A stretch of DNA of 64,000 nt, taken from assembly GCA_965248265.1 (NCBI GenBank), contig CBDFJF010000001.1:1888001-1952000 (forward strand), in the 5' to 3' direction. Below are positions 59,542-64,000 of this stretch, piece after piece. Origin of the DNA: Candidatus Latescibacterota bacterium. GTDB lineage: Bacteria; Latescibacterota; UBA2968; UBA8231. The notes beneath the pieces were generated by a model. It saw only the letters and a list, made by a program, of their open reading frames with translations, was not told where the DNA came from and did no database searches. Position 1 is the stretch's first letter. The number at the start of each line of letters is the position of its first letter. The translations under genes were made by a program, and so were the position numbers.

Positions 59542-61229
59542 TACCGGATTTCCTCCGATCCCCTTACATGGGCACCGACAAAGGAAACTCGGATCAAGTG
59601 ATTCCACCGCTTTTCGGCGTTTAGACTTGTGAGCTCGTCTGCAGAGAGCCAGTACCCCTCCACGCCGAGTTCCGAGGATTGAAAATAACGGGATTGAGGC
59701 ACGTAACGCAAATGCAGTTCATCGCCCAGGACGGCCGCTTTGACTTTCACCTTTCCTCTCAAATTTACCGTCGAGTCGACACTCACGCCGTCCTCGGCAA
59801 ATAGGAATGCGCGCGAGAAACGGCAGTCATTCCCTGACGCTCCAGCCGACAGGACGAGGACTCTGCGGATCTTCGTCTTTATCTTCGAAGCCATGAAGGT
59901 GCTGTTGGCCAAATAACACATAAAGAGTTTGAAGATAGACATGCTCATAGGGTTGAATAATTGGAACGGAATTTGGTGCAGTGCCCCCTCCACACACGCT
60001 TCCCCGGTTTTGGGGTCCCAACGGATGGCGTAATCGCGATCTATCCACTGACTACTTACCAATTTCTTATCGGCCAGCTGTACGTGTATGCCGCTGTCGT
60101 TATAGATTAGCCGATCGCCGCTGAAGACTTTTAGCACCCCGCCTCTGGAGAGATTGAGGACGGAATACGAGAAGCCTTTCTTGTAGGTCAGGACCTTAGC
60201 CCCCGGAAAATATTGCACAAAGTCGGGGCGCTCGTAGGGCACGGACGGCTCATCGCCTTGGCGCGGACAATAGTCCAAATAGCTTAGCAAGAATTCCTCG
60301 ACGCGGTAGTACGTATAGCGATCGGATTGGATCTCCGGCGGGACGAGTCCACCCGCAGCCAGCGATTCGAGCATTTTCTGGGCGCAAGCGCGCGCCATCG
60401 GGAACTCCCTCCCGAAGTACTCATATCCGTGGGAATAGAAATGCAAGGTCTGCCTGCTCCCCACCGATCCGCCATAAGAGCCATCGGGGAAGACGAAATG
60501 GGCGCTGAACTCGATAGCCCGTTCAATAAAGTCTCGTAAATCCTCGTTCTGGTAATACAACCAAGTCTTGGCCAAGAAACTGATGGTAGTCGTCAGGTAA
60601 CCAGGGTCTACTCCGTCGTACTCTAGCGCCCACCCTTCGGGGTCGCACATCTCGAGGAACTCTACTAAATAGCGCTGGAACGCGACGAACGATTGAGGAT
60701 CGTCAAATTGCTTGTGGTGGGTGATCAGAGCACACAAAATCATGGTGTAGTGATTCGCCAAGAGCCCCTCGGTCTGTTTCGGCAGCTCTCTTATATAAGC
60801 GGCACAGCAGTCACACAGTTCGCCAACGCGGTCGTACTCTTCTGGCGTCAGTTCCTCTTTGAGGATCTCAAAGGCCCCGAGGAAACTGTGGAGCATTATG
60901 CCTGTCACCGCACGTCCGCGCTCGTTGGGGTAGAACTCGTCGAACGACCCGTCGGAGTGCTGGATCTTCAGACTGTAGTCCAAGGCCGCGACAATCCACC
61001 TCTTGAGCTTCGGGTTCCTGTAATAGATACTACCGGGCAAGCGATGCCCGTACACCAAAGCCAGCGAGTATACGGCACACTGGAAATGGCCGTTGGGAAA
61101 GTCCACTATCTTCTCGTGCCAGTACTCCCTGAAGAAGCATCCGTACGTTGGAGAAAAGGGATTCCGGTCTAAAAAGGAAAGGAGGCGCGGTATCTGCGGC
61201 AGCGCTTTTTGTAGGTAGGTTTCTTTCAC
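59541..61229 (-). CDS. Hypothetical protein, possibly alpha/alpha-toroid, in a glycan locus
   Basis: IPRLLSFLDRNPFSPTYGCF, QHSDGSFDEFYP, EYDGVDPGY; coupled to both neighbours. Confidence 0.75.
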   Translation of the reverse strand: MKETYLQKALPQIPRLLSFLDRNPFSPTYGCFFREYWHEKIVDFPNGHFQCAVYSLALVYGHRLPGSIYYRNPKLKRWIVAALDYSLKIQHSDGSFDEFYPNERGRAVTGIMLHSFLGAFEILKEELTPEEYDRVGELCDCCAAYIRELPKQTEGLLANHYTMILCALITHHKQFDDPQSFVAFQRYLVEFLEMCDPEGWALEYDGVDPGYLTTTISFLAKTWLYYQNEDLRDFIERAIEFSAHFVFPDGSYGGSVGSRQTLHFYSHGYEYFGREFPMARACAQKMLESLAAGGLVPPEIQSDRYTYYRVEEFLLSYLDYCPRQGDEPSVPYERPDFVQYFPGAKVLTYKKGFSYSVLNLSRGGVLKVFSGDRLIYNDSGIHVQLADKKLVSSQWIDRDYAIRWDPKTGEACVEGALHQIPFQLFNPMSMSIFKLFMCYLANSTFMASKIKTKIRRVLVLSAGASGNDCRFSRAFLFAEDGVSVDSTVNLRGKVKVKAAVLGDELHLRYVPQSRYFQSSELGVEGYWLSADELTSLNAEKRWNHLIRVSFVGAHVRGSEEIR

Positions 61230-62191
61230 GCCGGTTTTCTCAATATCATTCTCATATTCGATGTGTAACCCAACTTCGCGGTAAAGAGATCTACGCCCGT
61301 AAATGCGACCAAAGCCAACGGATTTTTTATGGTAAACAACCTGTAGGCCTTAGTCCGCGGCGCCCTCTCGAGAAGCCAATGGTGAAAACTCTGAATCCAA
61401 AAACTCGGACTTGGCAAGAATTGAACGGCGTTAACCGCAAAGCCGCACGTGGTGAACAACCGGGCAAGCGAATTCTCGGTAAAAACTGTCCAGTGGCGAG
61501 GAAAGTGCCATCCACCCCAATACCGACGTCCGAAAAGGCGAAAATCCGCTCCTTTTAAACAAGGAGTTTCTATAATGAGGACCTTCCCGGGTTTCAGCAA
61601 CTCGTAGGCTTTTGCAGCGACCCCTTTCACGGCATCTAAATGCTCTATGACCTGGTTCATAATGAGTGCGTCGAAGTGGCCAGCGGGAAGTTCCAAGTCC
61701 TCCAAGCGACCGACGGCCAGTGATATGCCCATTGGTTCGAGATGGGCGACGATCGCCTTATCCATATCGTTGGCCCACAAGTCGTACGAATTCCGGCCTT
61801 TCTTCTGCAACAGCATCAATAGATTACCCGACCCACATCCAATGTCCATGACTCGGTCTCCCTCCGTCAGATACTTTTCCAAAGTCCTAACCTTACGCAA
61901 CTGGACGGCCTCCCGTCCAAAACGTATGAAGGGGTTTTTCATCTTTTGAAAATTAAAAGGGTTGTATTCGGGGGGGTATATGCGGGAAAGCTCGTCTATA
62001 ACTGGACGAGGAGACAGATAGGCCAAGTCGCATTGACGACAGACTCTTATCTTGAACTCGTCAGTACTCGTACAATACTCGAAATCCCACCCACTTGCCA
62101 TTTCCTCCTGGCGCATGACACCGCAACCAGGACACGGCACGTCTTCCGTTTTGACATGGAGTTGGGCGTCGATACTGCTCGTCTCTGTCAT
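61226..62191 (-). CDS. SAM-dependent methyltransferase with N-terminal CxxC zinc site
   Basis: CPGCG, CRQCDL, MDIGCGSG, VIEHL, FPRHW. Confidence 0.88.
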   Translation of the reverse strand: MTETSSIDAQLHVKTEDVPCPGCGVMRQEEMASGWDFEYCTSTDEFKIRVCRQCDLAYLSPRPVIDELSRIYPPEYNPFNFQKMKNPFIRFGREAVQLRKVRTLEKYLTEGDRVMDIGCGSGNLLMLLQKKGRNSYDLWANDMDKAIVAHLEPMGISLAVGRLEDLELPAGHFDALIMNQVIEHLDAVKGVAAKAYELLKPGKVLIIETPCLKGADFRLFGRRYWGGWHFPRHWTVFTENSLARLFTTCGFAVNAVQFLPSPSFWIQSFHHWLLERAPRTKAYRLFTIKNPLALVAFTGVDLFTAKLGYTSNMRMILRKPA

Positions 62192-62772
62192 GTCTTTTGG
62201 AGGATTGCCAATTGGTTCTGCCCTAATAAGAACCTGGAAAACGAGACCATATTGAGTGTAGTCTGTTGCGCGCAGACTTTTATGGCGTCTCGCCCTAAGA
62301 GGTCGTAATGTTGATCCTTGTCTTGGGCAAAAATCCTCAACTTTGAACCAAACTCCAAGATACTGTCTGTCCAGGGAGCCGGCGTAGTCAGGACGATTTT
62401 TCCTCCCCCTTCCAGCAGAGTGGCTACTGCTTGCAGCACGCGATGGGGAAATTCGAAGTGTTCAATGACCGCCAACATGACGACAAGATCGAATTTTCCC
62501 GGCAAAGAAGTGACTTTATCCTCGGCAAAATCAAAGACTCTGAACTCCATATTCCCCCTGGGGACGTTCCTGTCGACCAGTTCGGAATCGCGGTCCAACC
62601 CCAGATAATACTGCTCGGGCTTCAAACGGTCCTCCCATAGGGAAATGCCACAACCTATGTCGAGAATGCGTGTAGCTCTATCAAAAAAGGCGGTCGCTTG
62701 GCGCTTGCGTGCATTTCTGAGGAAAGAGGAAAAGAGGCCGTCTAATCTTCCTGAATGATCAGGGGTTGACAT
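62188..62772 (-). CDS. Class I SAM-dependent methyltransferase
   Basis: ILDIGCG, LAVIEHF, LTTP; start reassigned to MSTPDH. Confidence 0.85.
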   Translation of the reverse strand: MSTPDHSGRLDGLFSSFLRNARKRQATAFFDRATRILDIGCGISLWEDRLKPEQYYLGLDRDSELVDRNVPRGNMEFRVFDFAEDKVTSLPGKFDLVVMLAVIEHFEFPHRVLQAVATLLEGGGKIVLTTPAPWTDSILEFGSKLRIFAQDKDQHYDLLGRDAIKVCAQQTTLNMVSFSRFLLGQNQLAILQKT

Positions 62773-62877
62773 ATCTGTTTTCAACGGGAAATTTTCGGTA
62801 TAGTCGAACGGTCTAAAAAGGATGCCGGAAGCCGAGGCCCTCACGATGGAATAATAGGTTGATCAATTTACGGTCGC

Positions 62878-64000
62878 TCATCCGTCTGCCTCCCAACCAC
62901 GGTAATCTGGAACGTAGCGCTTGAGCAGCTCTCGGATGAGAACCCGATCGCCCGCTTTGGCTGCAGCCCTCAGCTCCTCTACTGCCTGGTCCCAACCGGT
63001 GAGACAGCTCGTTCGTCCTGCGCAAACGGCGATCTTGCCGTGGTGGCGAAGGGCCTTCACTTGCTCATCTGTCACCAGCTCTTCTGAGAGCTTCTCACCG
63101 GGCCGAATCCCGGTGAACTCGATCTTGATGTCTCTGTATGGCTCCAGGCCTGCCAGCCGAATCATGTTCTCCGCCAGATCCAGAATGCGCACAGGATCGC
63201 CCATGTCGAGGATACACAACTCGCCGTTCTGCCCGACGGCGGCGCTGTGGAGAACCAGGCGTACCGCTTCGGGAATGGTCATCAGATAGCGGTACATTTC
63301 TGGATGGGTTACGGTTACTGGCCCTCCTTGGCGTATCTGGCGCTCGAATATCGGCACCACACTGCCTCGGCTACCCAGCACATTCCCGAAACGCACCGTC
63401 ACAAACCGGGTATTCTCACTCTTTGCCGCGAGCCGCTGTATCTCAGTCTCAGCCAGGCGCTTGGTCGCTCCCATGACGCTCGTAGGCCGAACAGCCTTGT
63501 CAGTCGAGATCAGTACGAAGCGCTCAACACCGTGACGCAGAGCGCTCCGTGCCATGGAACACGTACCTAGAAAGATTGCCGATACGGCCTCGTCCGGATC
63601 CTGTTCCATGAAAGGCACATGTTTGTGCGCCGCGGCGTGAAACACAATGTGGGGCCGCGACTCAGCCATCACCCTGTCTACTTTCCCCTCGTTTCGTATG
63701 TCACCGATGATCGCCTTCAGCTGTAGTTGGGGATGCAAGCTGGACAAATTCTGAATGGTGCTATGAATGCTGGCCTCTCCCTTCCCCAACATCACAAGGC
63801 ATTGCGGTGAGAATGCCGCAATCTGCCGGCAGAGCTCCGAACCGATCGAGCCCCCTGCGCCGCTCACGAGGACCACCTTGTCCCGCAAATACCCCTCTAT
63901 CTCTACGGGATTGAGCTGCACTTCCTGTCTCCCAAGAAGGTCCGTACCGCTCACTGAAGGCAGATCCGACACATCCACGCGGCCACTGAGATAAGCCGAC
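62878..64000 (-). CDS. Nucleotide-sugar 4,6-dehydratase PglF/CapD/WbpM; 5' part outside the window
   Basis: DLLGR, GAGGSIGSEL, HAAAHKHVP, STDKAV..MGATKR, RFGNVLGSRGSV, RPGEKL; frame open to the window edge. Confidence 0.93.
   Translation of the reverse strand, partial: SAYLSGRVDVSDLPSVSGTDLLGRQEVQLNPVEIEGYLRDKVVLVSGAGGSIGSELCRQIAAFSPQCLVMLGKGEASIHSTIQNLSSLHPQLQLKAIIGDIRNEGKVDRVMAESRPHIVFHAAAHKHVPFMEQDPDEAVSAIFLGTCSMARSALRHGVERFVLISTDKAVRPTSVMGATKRLAETEIQRLAAKSENTRFVTVRFGNVLGSRGSVVPIFERQIRQGGPVTVTHPEMYRYLMTIPEAVRLVLHSAAVGQNGELCILDMGDPVRILDLAENMIRLAGLEPYRDIKIEFTGIRPGEKLSEELVTDEQVKALRHHGKIAVCAGRTSCLTGWDQAVEELRAAAKAGDRVLIRELLKRYVPDYRGWEADG

Noticed and set aside
63560-63600. EAVSAIFLGT instead of the usual EAVxNNxxGT in the PglF-like protein
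   Set aside because: The catalytic TDK and MGATK motifs are intact, and without an alignment I cannot tell drift from functional change.

Overview
High-GC (roughly 60%) bacterial chromosome segment that looks like an FCB-superphylum lineage outside Bacteroidota (Ca. Latescibacterota-like; inferred from PorU/PorV, FlgD-type C-terminal sorting domains and cohesin/dockerin proteins). 1-15027 is a tightly packed minus-strand type IX secretion-like operon: porU, porV, an M6-like/FG-GAP protein, a peptidase-propeller-Omp85 fusion, two DUF5683-like proteins, a 36-bp tandem array that encodes an unlisted 55-aa His-rich repeat peptide, and an HEFQH peptidase. PorU has Ser at the catalytic Cys position and the M6-like protein has lost its zinc motif. 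15-27.6 kb is housekeeping (rpmB, Trm112-like, tRNA-Leu, secG, tpiA, pgk, comF, an M16 peptidase, and a HelD-like helicase with a Walker B E-to-K change). 27.6-36.0 kb is a decayed island at tRNA-Met, with both att copies visible, a broken integrase and UDP-L-FucNAc genes. 36.4-41.0 kb encodes a cohesin+dockerin surface protein and a secreted nuclease. 41.1-64 kb is a mosaic surface-glycan locus with Bordetella wbmF/wbmH/wbmI-like genes, pseudogenes, a repeat-flanked toxin-antitoxin pair and a desaturase-containing cassette bracketed by a duplicated pglF fragment. All family assignments come from motif recognition, not database searches.
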